A program made the position numbers and the translations under genes. From Mobula hypostoma (lineage: Eukaryota): 64,000 nucleotides of DNA. The notes under the pieces were generated by a model. The model was not told the DNA's origin, did no database searches, and worked only from the letters and a program-made list of their open reading frames with translations. The DNA lies in assembly GCF_963921235.1 (NCBI RefSeq), contig NC_086097.1:159838001-159902000 (forward strand), written 5' to 3'. This document shows positions 13,501-25,044 of this stretch, one piece after another (position 1 is the stretch's first letter; each line of letters opens with the position of its first letter).

Positions 13501-15101
13501 TTGAATTCGAAGTGATTTTTCTGCACAGTCCATGTAGCATCAGTTCTTAATCCTAAACTAAAAGCCATGAAAACTAAAGACATTTAATCAAATTAAAAGA
13601 CATGATCAGCATCAGACTAATGAAGGTAACCGCTTCAAGGATAAAGTTTATCTGATACCAAAATTACAAACATATTTGTTTATGCCATCGGTACCCATCA
13701 CCCGAGCTAATCTCCAAGTTTCTACTGTAAATTGTCTGCATGTAGTGAAAGACATTTAATGTTTTAATAGCTTACTAATCACATTTGATTTGCTGCCCGG
13801 CTCTCTACAGTTTTGCATCTCAAATAACTTCTGTTCATCAACTCATACCTCCACTACAATGCATTTTGAGTTGTGCAATTTGTCATAGGTCTTATATAAA
13901 ATTAAGATGGGATGGGTGACTTTTCTCACTTTGCAGCAATCTATCATGAAAAGGACGGAGCTCCATCTGGGTCTAATCTCTCCTAGCAGATGATTTCTTG
14001 ACAGGATTTGTTCTCTGTGACTTACACTGAGTAATGGGAACATGGGCAGATGTCACGTAGGGTGTCAATAATGTTGGCCAATGAGTTCCAGTGCTGCAGT
14101 CAACAATTATTCTGTCGGAATTACCTACTGGATCAAATGAATTATTTTTATAACTTAAATATTCAATCTATGACAGCCTCACATATCAATTCAGCAATCC
14201 AACAAATTAAAAAAGCACTGATGAAAATTGTAGACCTAAGCACATCATAGTATAAAATTAGACGGATTTCTGAAGTGCCTCCAGCTAAAATTTTTCAAAA
14301 GCTTAATTATAGTTAAAAATGAGATTAATATGACAAAACTAATTTGGGTGTTTTGCGTTTAGATTAAAAACACTGCACAGCGCAAGGAAATGCAAGCAGC
14401 ACACCTAGTTTACAGTGTACATGTACAACATTTGAATCAGAGGTGTGTTTATTTAGAAAACATCAGTTTCAAAAAGAAATGCAATAAGAATCTTTCCTTT
14501 TGGCTGTGAACAAGGCCAAATATAGAAATCTTACCGCTGCAGCAAATGAGATTGATTGAGACAATACAGACTAGGAACTGAATTCAGACATACTGCCATT
14601 CAGCAGAATGGTATATCGTTATTAAATTACATAATTCAGTGATTAACCCATTAGGAAGGCTGTGAAAATACATTTTGAGTATCTTTCTTGCAATCATGAG
14701 CAACATTAATTTTGGAGATAAATCTCAGAAAGCAAACATACTTTAAGCTGTAGAATTCTCCCTCCAAAGCACTGCAAATGTCTCCTCCTCCAAGAAGCTG
14801 ATTAACCTCTACCTTACATGGAGAATGCTAATAAAAATATTATTTTCTCTAGTTACACCCCACTAGCATTTATTTCTGAGTGAGAATACATTCATTAGAA
14901 CGTTGGACAAGACACATTGAAATGCAATTCACTCTGTACTGCTTCAATTTTCTGGAATCATTTGCCGGTGATGATGTCATCATTTGTGCACAGCACATTT
15001 TCTGCTTTGCCAGCAAAACTCAGAGATTTTGGGTGCATTGAATGCTCTTAGTCCTACTCTCATATTTCAGGTGCATTCTGTGGTGTCAGTTTTACACTCA
15101 C

Positions 15102-15244
15102 CTTGCAATTTGGACAAGTGTGGCTGTTTAAAGGCACGGTGTGCTGATACTGGGATGGCTAATTGGACAGCTTCAGAATTGTTTCCCAGCTGGTCAAACT
15201 GATAGGGGTATATAATTTCGTCCCAAGTGCAGAGCTGTGCAGAA
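15102..15244 (-). other. Candidate exon (143 nt) of an unidentified transcript
   Basis: Acceptor TTGCTTTTTTTCCTTTAG and donor AAG|GTGAGT; one open frame SAQLCTWDEIIYPYQFDQLGNNSEAVQLAIPVSAHRAFKQPHLSKLQG; not recognised as a repeat; no homolog recognised. Confidence 0.35.
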
Positions 15245-16371
15245 CTAAAGGAAAAAAAGCAATAAATACTAGGCCAGCAGGATGATGCCAACACTGTGGC
15301 TCGGAAGCAGTAACTTAAAACTAAAGAAATACTGCTCCTTTAAAGCATCAATTTAAATGGTAGACTTCTTTCCCAGAACAAGGACAAAAGTAAGTGTGGA
15401 AAAGAGACATTGTTATGCTTTTGGTTAAGACTCAACAAGACTGAAATGAGAGGAAGAGAGTTAAATACCATCACAATGAAACACTAATTGGAAGGAACAT
15501 GCATACTCATGAACTTGATTGCCAGTCCCATTCAGCAGCCCACCTGTGAGGGTGCCCAGACCCTGCGGCGGAGTCCGTAGTTGTGACATAAACATTTTCC
15601 AAATTCTAGAGTGTACAAAAACAGAAAATGTTTTGTAAAACATTTAACTACTGAGATTCACATTCAGTGGGTTCTCAGAGGTAGTCCCATTGTAAGCATT
15701 CCTTTACTGTCGACATAAGTATCTCAATGATTGAGTGGGAGACCTTGAGGCTGGAAGTGAAAACATAGCTTCCTGCCATACCCTCACCCATAGAATCTTT
15801 AGAGAAACCAAATCCCAGCTGAACCTCTCTGATGGGCAATGTACTCATCAAGATGTGTGAAATAATATAGGAAGGTCTTTGGCCACACTGACTTAAGCCT
15901 GCAAAATTCCATTCAGTCAAGGTCACTTTCATTTGCCACTGGAGCTGCAAAGTGGAGTTTAAAAAGAGGCCCACTTTCAGGCATGGGCAGCGTTGGTGCA
16001 GGAGCAAGGAGTGCTCGAGGACGACGGACGACTGGAGATCGGAGGATCGGAGGATCAGCCGTTGTAGGTAGGCTGAGGAAGATCGGGACTACCTAGGCAT
16101 TACCTGAGGAGGAAGGTAAAACTGCGCAGACGCGGGTGATGTCAGCAGTGAGCGCGGAGTTTAAAAAGAGGTCCACTTTCAGGCACGGGCAGCGTCGGTG
16201 AGGGCAGCGGAGTGCGCGGGAGCAGAGTGCTGGGCTTTGGCTCAGTGGGCTTCGGCGTAAGGGGGTCTTCAGTGAGAGGTAATCAGTGAGCCTGAGTACG
16301 TACTTGCTGAGGGAAAAAGGTAAGGTCGGTAGGTACTTTTTCATTTATTCTGATTAATCTGGGATCAGGTA

Positions 16372-17310
16372 ATGGGGGAGATAGTTAGAGCAATGGTGTG
16401 CTCCATATGCAGTATGTGGGAGGTCAGGGTCAACGCAGTTGTCCCTGATGACCACACCTGCAGAAGGTGCATCCAGCTGCAGCTCCTATCAGAGCGAGTT
16501 AGGGAATTGGAGCTGGAGCTGGATGAACTACGGATCATTCGGGAGGCAGAGACAGAGATAGATAAGAGTCATCAGGAGGTAGTCACACCGAAAAGACGGG
16601 AGGTAGGCAACTGGGTGATTGTCAGGAGATGGAGGGGGAGCAGGCAGAGAGAGCAAAGCACCCCTGTGGCCATTCCCATCAACAATAAGTATACCGTTTT
16701 GGATACTGTTGGTGGGGATGACCTACCAGGAACAAGTTGCAGTGGTCCTGTCTCTGGCACTGAGGTTGGACCCTCGACTCAGAAGGGGAGGGGGGAAGAG
16801 AGGACAGTGGTAGTGATAGGGGATTCTATAGTCGGGGGGGAGATAGGAGATTTTGTGGGGGAGATCGGGAGTCTCGGATGGTATGTTGCATCCCTGGTGC
16901 CGGGGTCCGGGACATCTCAGATCGGGTGCAGGTTATTCTCGAGAGGGAGGGCAAGAATCCAGATGTTGTGGTCCATGTAAGGACCAACGACGTGGGTAGG
17001 AAGAGTGAGGGGGTCCTGTGTAGTGAGTTCAGGGAGTTAGGTGTGAAGCTGAAGGGCAGGACCTCCAGGGTAACAATCTCAGGACTGCTACCTGTGCCAC
17101 GTGCGAGTGAGGCGAGGAACAGAAGGATTATACAGATCAATACGTGGCTGAGAGAATGGTGCAGGAGGGAGGGCTTCAGGTTTTTAGATAATTGGGCTTT
17201 GTTCCAGGGAAGGTGGGATCTGTTCTGACGGGACGGTTTACACCTGAACTGGAGGGGTACTTACATTCTTGCAGGAGAGTTTGCTAGTGCTGCTTGATGG
17301 GGGGTTAAAC
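16372..17310 (+). pseudogene. CR1 ORF1 (zinc finger/coiled coil + SGNH esterase), frameshifted
   Basis: CSICSMWE...CRRC, leucine-rich coil LSERVRELELELDEL, VIGDS motif, HVRTND esterase block; frameshift near 16835-16845 and downstream stops. Confidence 0.85.
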
Positions 17311-17599
17311 TAAATTTGCAGGGGGCAGGGATCCAGAATGTGAGAGAGGATAGCGAGATGAAGTATAAAGGACAGGCGGTGACTGCACGGTTCCTGAATA
17401 TTAAGTGTGAAGTAGAGAAAGGTGAGGCGGAACGAGTGATAAGGAGGATACATGTGCAGAGGGATGGTCTGACGGAGCATGGAGTTAAATGTGCAGAAAG
17501 AGTAAGTAAATTTAAGAAGGACAACAAAATTCAAGGGGCGTATAGCCCGGTGAGAGTTCGGGGAGCTGGGTTATGCACAATAGGCAGCGATTTAAACAG

Positions 17600-19313
17600 A
17601 GAGAGGAGAAATGGGTTAAAAATTCTGTATCTGAATGCACAAAGTGTCAGAAATAAGGCGGATGAGCTTGAAGCTCAGGTGCGAATGGGTAACTATGATG
17701 TTGTTGGCATAACGGAGATATGGCTGCAGGGGGATCAGACCTGAGAATTGAATGTACAAGGGTATACGTGCTATCGAAGGGACAGAAAGGTGGGCAGAGG
17801 GGGTGGGGTGGCCCTGTTGGTGAGGAATGAGATTCAGTCCCTTGCAAGGGGGAACATAGAATCAGGAGAAGTAGAATCAGTGTGGATAGAACTGAGGAAC
17901 AGTAAGGGAAAAAAGACCCTAATAGGTGTTATCTACAGGCCCCCAAACAGTAGCATGGATATTGGGTGCAAGTTGAATAGGGAGTTAACAATGGCATGTG
18001 GCAAAGGAAATGTTGCAGTAGTTATGGGGGATTTCAACATGCAGGTGAACTGGGAAAATCAGGTTGGTACTGGACCCCAGGATAGGGAGTTTGTAGAGTG
18101 CCTACAGGATGCATTTTTGGAGCAGCTTGTACGAGAGCCGACCAGGGATAAGGCTATTCTGGATTTAGTGTTGTGCAATGAACAGGATTTGATAAGCGAT
18201 CTTGAAATAAAGGAGCCATTAGGAGATAGTGACCATAATATGATAAGTTTTTATCTGCAAGTTGAGAGGGATAAGGGCAGATCAGAAGTGTCAGTATTGC
18301 AGTTGAACAAAGGAGACTATGGAGCCATGAGGGAGGAGTTGGCCAAAGTTGACTGGTCGGATATCCTAGCAGAAAGGACAGTGGAACAGCAATGGCAGGT
18401 ATTCTTGGGAATAATGCACAAGGTGCAAAATCAGTTCATCCCCCGGAGAAGGAAGGGAAAGTGGCCACAGTGGTTGACAAAGGAAGTCAGAGATAGCATA
18501 GCATGTGACATGTGATGAGGATGTTAGGAGAATTCAAGGTGACTTGGATAGGCTGGGTGAGGGGGCAGAAACTTGGCAGATGGCGTTTAATGTGAATAAG
18601 TGTGAGGTTATTCACTTTGAGAGCAAGAACAGGAGGGCAGATTATCATCTGAAAGGTGTGGAGTTAGGTAAGGGAGAAATACAAAGAGATCTAGGAGTAC
18701 TTGTTCATCAGTCTCTGAAGGTGAATGAGCAAGTGAAGCAGGCAGTGAAGAAGGCTAATGGAATGTTGGCCTTTATTACAAAGGGAATGGAGTACAAGAG
18801 CAAGGAAATCCTTCTGCATTTGTACAGGGCCCTGGTGGGACCACACCTGGAGTATTGTGTGCAGTTTTGGTCTCCAGGGTTAAGGAAGGACATCCTGGCT
18901 GTGGAGGAGGTGCAGCGTAGGTTCACTAGGTTAATTCCTGGGATGTCCGACTGTCTTACGCAGAGAAGTTAGAGAGACTGGGCTTGTACGCGCTGAAATT
19001 AAGGAGATTGAGGGGGGATCTGATTGAGACATATAAGATTATTAAGGGATTGGACAAGATAGAGGCAGGAAATATGTTCCAGATGCTGGGAGAGTTCAGT
19101 ACCAGAGGGTATGGTTTAAGAATAAGGGGTAGGTCATTTAGGACAGAGTTGAGGAGGAACTTCTTCTCCCAGAGAGTTGTGGAGGTGTGGAATGCGCTGC
19201 CTCAGAAGGCAGTGGAGGCCAATTCTCTGGATGCTTTCAAGGAGGAGCTAGATAGGTATCTTATGGATAGGGGAATCAAGGGTTATGGGGACAAGGCAGG
19301 AACCGGGTATTGA
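17600..19313 (+). pseudogene. CR1 ORF2 remnant (APE endonuclease + RT C-terminus)
   Basis: YLNAQS, GITEIWL, GGGVALLV, IYRPP, MGDFN, LDLVL, SDHNMI motifs; in-frame stop at ~17742; RT catalytic region absent. Confidence 0.88.
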
Positions 19314-19849
19314 TAGTAGATGATCAGCCATGATCTCAGAATGGTGGTGCAGGCTTGAAGGGCCGAATGGTCTACTTCTGCACCTATTGACTATTGTCTA
19401 TTGTCAAATGTGTTATGCTTTACAATCTGTTCTCACAACAGCATCAGAGAGGGCACCCCAATGCTGTGTTAGTGTAGAGCTGTCTTCATATAGTTCTATT
19501 TCTGTGAGGAGAAAGTGACATGTCAGGAACTGGTGTTGGAAAAATCCAATGAATGCAGGGAGCTGCTGACTGCACTGCTGTGCTCATGGGAGTTACCCAT
19601 AATAGCACAGACGTCCACATCCTCAATATTTAACTTGCTGTGGATTATCCAGGAGATTTTCCCAATGGTGAAGGTCTTTTCTCCGGGAAACACACGTGAT
19701 GAATTCACCCTCAGCATAACAGGATTGCTGGACATTTTCCTCTTCAGAAATATAGAAGAAAAAAATCCTTGGATACGTGAGGTACCTTTTCCTTCCAGTT
19801 TAGTTCTTTTTACAAATTTGCACTTCTCCCATAGCAGTATAACCCACGT

Positions 19850-20498
19850 AACATCAAAATCAAAATTGAGTTTATTGTCATATGCACAAGTACATGTATG
19901 CACAGATGTAATGAAAAGCTTACCTACAGCAGCATCACAGGTGCATAGCATCATAAAACCGACATTCACAAAAACAGTTTATTTAAACATACAATATATG
20001 CAACATTTTATAAGTATGCACAATTGGAGCAAAAAAACTCTATTTTAGAGCCAAGTGGTCTAAGTGTTCATTGTGTTGCTAAGCTACAGTAATCAGCATT
20101 TTGCCACCTTGTTCAAGAATCGAAAATTTGAAAGAAAGCAGTGGTTCTTTAACTTGGTGGTGTGAACTTCAGGCTTTCTGTAACTCCTACCCGATGGTAG
20201 TAGCAATGAGATGGCATGGCTCAGGTGATAGGGATATTTGATGATACATGTTGCCATCTTGAGGCAGTGCCAATGTTGGGGAGGGATGTGCCCATAATGT
20301 AATGGGCGGAGACCACTCCTCAACTCAGCTTTTTACATTCTTGCAAAGTTCAATTACCGTACCAGGCCATGATGTGACCAGTTAGGATACTTGTAAAAGT
20401 ACACGTGCAGAAGTTTGTTAGAGTGTTTGTTGGTAAGCTGAACTTCCTTAACCTGCTAAAAAATAATGAGGCTGGTGCACTTTTCTTATCATCACTTC
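19850..20498 (-). mobile_element. Rex1/Babar-type LINE 3' part
   Basis: Minus ORF ..IIKYPYHLSHAISLLLPSGRSYR..TTKLKNHCF..; GACAATAAACTC tail. Confidence 0.65.
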
Positions 20499-20500
20499 TA

Positions 20501-20902
20501 CAGTACTGTGCAAAAGTCTTCGGCACAAGTTAAAAAAATCTGTAAAGGGAAGAATCTTTCAAAAATAATGAAATGAAAAGTTTCTAAATATCAAAAAAAT
20601 TACTATAAAGAGCAATCAACAGTAAAAAACTAAATCAAATCAATATTTGGCCTTTAAAACAGCATCAATTCTCTTAGGTGCACTGTCGTACAGTTTCATA
20701 AGAAAATTAGCTGTAGGTTGTTTCAAGAATTTTGCAGAACTAGCTACAGTTCTTCTGCGGACTTTGCCTTGTCTCACTTGCTTCTGTCTCTCCAGGTAAT
20801 CCCAGACAGCCTTGATGATGTTGAGATCAGGGCTCTGTGCAGGTCATACTATCTGAAACCATATAAAAAATTTAGCGTGCCTAAGACTTTTGCACAGTAT
20901 GG
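20501..20902. mobile_element. Tc1-like MITE
   Basis: TIRs CAGTACTGTGCAAAAGTCTT / AAGACTTTTGCACAGTATGG flanked by TA on both sides. Confidence 0.85.
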
Positions 20903-21986
20903 TATACTTCTAGAGTCACATCTCTTTCCTTTGCAAATACTTCTGCTTCTAACTCATTCCAAGTGAATATCAATTGAAGTTCAGCATTTCGTGCTTCTTC
21001 CATGCTGTCAATCTCAGATCACTGTTCTCATCACATTCTGAAATCCCTTCTCAACACCATACATACCACATGTGCTGGCCAGATTTGTTTATAAGACTTC
21101 CCAAAGTTTACCTCTGACTTTTTATTCTGGTATTCTTAGCACTGGGACAATGCCCAGAGATGCATACTACTGTCTTATTAGCAGTCGCATTACCTTATAC
21201 AGGTTTATAATAAGATCTAGTCTACCATGACTTCTCCATCTTGTTGGATAAAGATAAAGACCGGACTTTAGTAACAAGCCTTGATCATTTGGTGCCTCTC
21301 CATTGCTCATTATATATATTTGAATCTTTATCATTCTTAAATTCTTTAATACTTCAATACCAGGGCCTTGACAGGCAAGATTTGCCCATTTATTGAATTC
21401 CTAGGCTCTCGATTTTGGGTATAAATTTTGAAGTCTATACCTCTTTCCTCCTTTTTGCCCAAATTCTCTTTTTAATTCTTTCATCAAGCTCTCTGTGTGC
21501 AGTTCTATTTTATCTTTTGAAAAATAGAAGTCAAATGCTTTGCAGATGCCGTTGAAGACAATTTTGTAAACTTCTGCAGGGTATCTTGTATGTTACAGTG
21601 ATGTTACCTTTGTAGTGAAAGGCAGGTCAGGGCTTGGTTCAGGGGTTGACAACTTTTGCACCCATTTGGACAAATGAATGATCTTCCATTGAATTCCTGT
21701 TATAGATGATAGAAACTATCTGATCATTCAGCAGTTAATTCACTTGCTGCACAATGCCCAAGCTCTGATCTTGACCAATTAATATTACTACTGTTGAGAT
21801 ATTTGGTTAATGGTGATACCGGTTATCAGGAATTGATTATTGAATGGCAAGATGAGCTGATTGCCATTACACTTTCCCAGATGGATGATTGGATGATTGC
21901 AGAAACATAAGGTACAAAAGTCATACCTTTTATAGAGTCATAGAGTCATAGAGAATGACAGCACTGAAACCTACAGCCCTTCTAAT

Positions 21987-23340
21987 TCAACACTCACAAC
22001 ACACTAGAGGAATCCAGCAGGTCGGGCAGCATCCGTGGAAAAGATCGGTTGACGTTTCGGGACGGAACCCTTCACCAGGACTGTAGAGGGACGGGGCAAA
22101 GACCCTATAAAGAAGATGGGGGGAGGGTGAGAAGGAGAAGGCTGGTAGGTTCCAGGTGAAAACCAGTAAGGGGAAAGATAAAGGGGTAGGGGAGGGGAGG
22201 CAGGGAGAGGCAGGAAAGGTGAAGAAAGAATAGGGGAAAACACAATGGATAGTAGAAGGAGGCGGAACCATGAGGGAGGTGATAGGCAGCTGGGGGAGGG
22301 AACAGAGTGACATAGGGATAGGGGAAAGGGGGGGGGGGAGGGAATTACCAGAAGTTGGAGAATTCTATGTTCATACCAAGGGGCTGGAGACTACCTAGAT
22401 GGTATATGAGGTGTTGCTCCTCCAACTTGAGTTTAGCCTCATCATGGCAGTAGAGGAGGCCATGTATGGACATATCTGAATGGGAGTGGGAAGCAGAGTT
22501 GAAGTGGGTGGCTACTGGGAGATCCTGTCTGTTTTGGTGGACGGAGCAGAGGTGCTCGAAGAAGCGGTCCCCCAATCTGCATCGGGTTTCACCCATGTAG
22601 AGGAGGCCGCACTGGGAGCACCGATGCAATAGATGACCCCAACAGACTCACAAGTGAAGTGTTGCCTCACTTGGAAGGACCGTTTGGGGCCCTGAATGGT
22701 AGCAAGAGAGGAGGTGTAGGGACAGGTGTAGCACTTGCGTTTACAGGATAAGTGCCAGGTGGGAGATCCGTGGGGAGGGACGTGTGGACCAGGGAGTCAA
22801 GGAGGGACCGATCTCTGTGGAAAGCAGAGAGGGGTGAAGAGGGAAAGATGTGCTTAGTGGTGGGGTCCTGTTGAAGGTGGCGGAAGTTGCAGAGGATAAC
22901 GTGCTGGATCCAGAGGCTGGTGGGGCGGTAGGTGAGGACAAGGGGAACTCTGTCCCTGTTGTGGTGGCAGGAGGATGGGGTGAGAGCCAAAGTGCGGGAA
23001 ATGGAGAAGATGCGGGTGAGGGCATCATTGATGACAGCAGAAGGGAAACCATGGTCCTTAAAGAAAGAGGATATTTGAGATGTCCTGGAATGGAAAACCT
23101 CATCCTGGGAGCAGATGCGGCGGAGACGGAGGAACCGGGAATAGGGAATGGCATTTTTGCATGTGGCGGGGTGGGAAGAGGTATAGTTGAGGTAGTTATG
23201 AGAGTCAGTGGGCTTGTAGAAGATGTCAGTGGACAGTCTATCTCCAGAGATGGAGACTGAGAGATCGAGAAAGGAAAGAGAAGTGTCCGAGATAGACCAA
23301 GTGAATTTGAGGGCTGGGTGGAAGTTAGAAGTAAAGTCGA
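21987..23340 (-). mobile_element. Penelope-like element, 5'-truncated (RT C-terminus, GIY-YIG endonuclease, pLTR)
   Basis: ORF 22667-23362 FHPALKFT..LSFLDLSV..TDIFYKPTDSHNYL..SSHP; ORF 22345-22629 CSQCGLLYMGET..LGDRF.EH..GMNIEFSNF. Confidence 0.92.
22046..22083 (-). ncRNA. Minimal type I hammerhead motif with a core substitution (CUGGUGA)
   Basis: Minus strand: CAGTC CTGGTGA A GGGT TCCG TCCC GAAAC GTC AACCG. Confidence 0.5.
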
Positions 23341-23344
23341 TATT

Positions 23345-24465
23345 GACTCTCTCTATGCCCATGACTGCCTTATGTCAAATACTATCCATAAATTTGCTGA
23401 TGATACAACTATTGTTGGTAGAATCTCAAATGGAGACAAGAGGGCGAACAGGAGTGAGATATGCCAACTAGTGAAGTGGTGTCGCAGCAACAACCTGGCA
23501 CTCAATGTCAGTAAGATGAAAGAGCTGATTGTGGACTTCAGGAAGAGTAAGACGAAGGAACACATACCAATCCTCATAGAGGGATCAGAAGTGGAGAGAG
23601 TGAGCAAGATCTCTGAGGACCTAACCTGGTCCCAACATATTGATGCAGTTATAAAGAAGGCAAGACAGTGACTATCCTTCATTAGGAGTTTGAAGAGATT
23701 TGGTATGGTAACAAATACACTCAAAAACTTCTATAGATGTACTATGGACAGCATTCTGACAGGGTACATCACTGCCTGGTATGGGTAGGGTGGGGGGTGC
23801 TACTGCACAGGACCGAGAAATGCTGCAGAGGATTGTAAATCTAGTCAGCTCCATCTTGGGTACTAGCCTACAAAGTACCCAGGACACCTTCAAGGAGTGG
23901 TGTCGCAGAAAGGCAGGTTCATTATTAAGGACCTCCAGCACCCAGGGCATGCCCTTTTCTCACTGTTGCCATCAGGTAGGAGGTACAGAAGCCTGAAGGC
24001 ACACACTCAGTGATTCGGGAACAGCTTCTTCCCCTCTGCCATCCGATTCCTAAATGGACATTGAACCTGTGAACACTATCTCCCTTCTTTAATATACATT
24101 ATTTCTGTTTTTTGCATGATTTTTAATCTAGTCAATATACATATACTGTAAGTGATTTATTTATTTATTTATTTATTATTGCTCTGCTACAACGCCAGTG
24201 CCAAGCTGTATGGGTTCCAGTGCCTTTCCCTCAGTGTCGTGGAGAGGGGAGACTTGCAGCATGGGCAACTGCCGGTCGTCCATACAACCTTGCCCAGGCC
24301 TCAGTCAACATCGAAAACTGATGGACAGCTGAAGAAGTATTATTATTATTATTATTTTATTATATGTTTTCTTCTTCTATATTATGTATTGCATTGAACT
24401 GCTGCCGCTAAGTTAACAAATTTTACGACACATGCCAGTGATAATAAACGTGATTTTGATTCTGA
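23345..24465 (+). mobile_element. Rex1/Babar-type LINE, RT C-terminal part to 3' end
   Basis: SLYAHDC..KFADDTTIVGRIS..WCRSNNLALNVSKMKELIVDFRK; 3' tail GATAATAAACGTGATTTTGATTCTGA. Confidence 0.85.
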
Positions 24466-24890
24466 ACTGCTGGCTCTGGGCCTGTATTCACTAGAATTCA
24501 GAAGAATGAGGGGTGACCTCATTGAAACCTATCGAATGGTGAAAGGCTTTGATAGAGTGGATGTGGACAGGATGTTCCCTATCGTGGGAGAGTCTAAGAC
24601 CGAGGACACAGCCTCAGAATAGAGGGGCTTCCTTCTAGAATGGAAAAGAAGAGCAATTTATTTAGCCTGAGGGTGGTGAATCTGTGGAATTCTTTGGCAC
24701 AGGAAGCTGTAGAGGCCAAATCTTTATGCATATTTAAGGCAGAAGTTGATAGATTCTTGATTGGTCAGGGCATGAAGGGATATGGGGAGAAGGTAGGAGA
24801 TTGGAGCTGAGAGGGAAATGGATCAGCCATGATGAAATCGTGGAGCATACTCGATGGGCCAAATGGCCTAATTCTGCTCCTAGGTCTTAT
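24465..24890 (+). mobile_element. CR1 LINE 3' end
   Basis: GLYSLEFRRMRGDLIETY motif; 3' UTR ..GGCCTAATTCTGCTCCT.. Confidence 0.85.
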
Positions 24891-25044
24891 CTTAGTTAAA
24901 TCAAATGTTGTACTTCTGAAAGTCAATTAAATTAAATAAATGAACAATATCTTATACATTTGATGCACTTGAATTTCCATCTCATTTGTTTTAACAGAGA
25001 AATTAACCCGTTTCTTTTAATTAGAGTATTGCCTTTATTAATAA

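Larger units (their letters stand above)
15940..19405 (+). mobile_element. CR1 LINE retaining 5' UTR, ORF1 and endonuclease, with the RT core deleted
   Basis: GC-rich 5' UTR; ORF1 from 16372; APE endonuclease ~17600-18500; jump at ~18503 to RT C-terminus (GDLDRL..W...WQMAFNVNKC; LYRALVGPHLEYCVQFWSP); (CTATTG)-type tail near 19385-19405. Confidence 0.92.

Noticed and set aside
23330..23362. Apparent Penelope-Rex1 fusion ORFs across the junction
   Set aside because: The elements are on opposite strands; the ORFs simply run across the junction of two truncated insertions.
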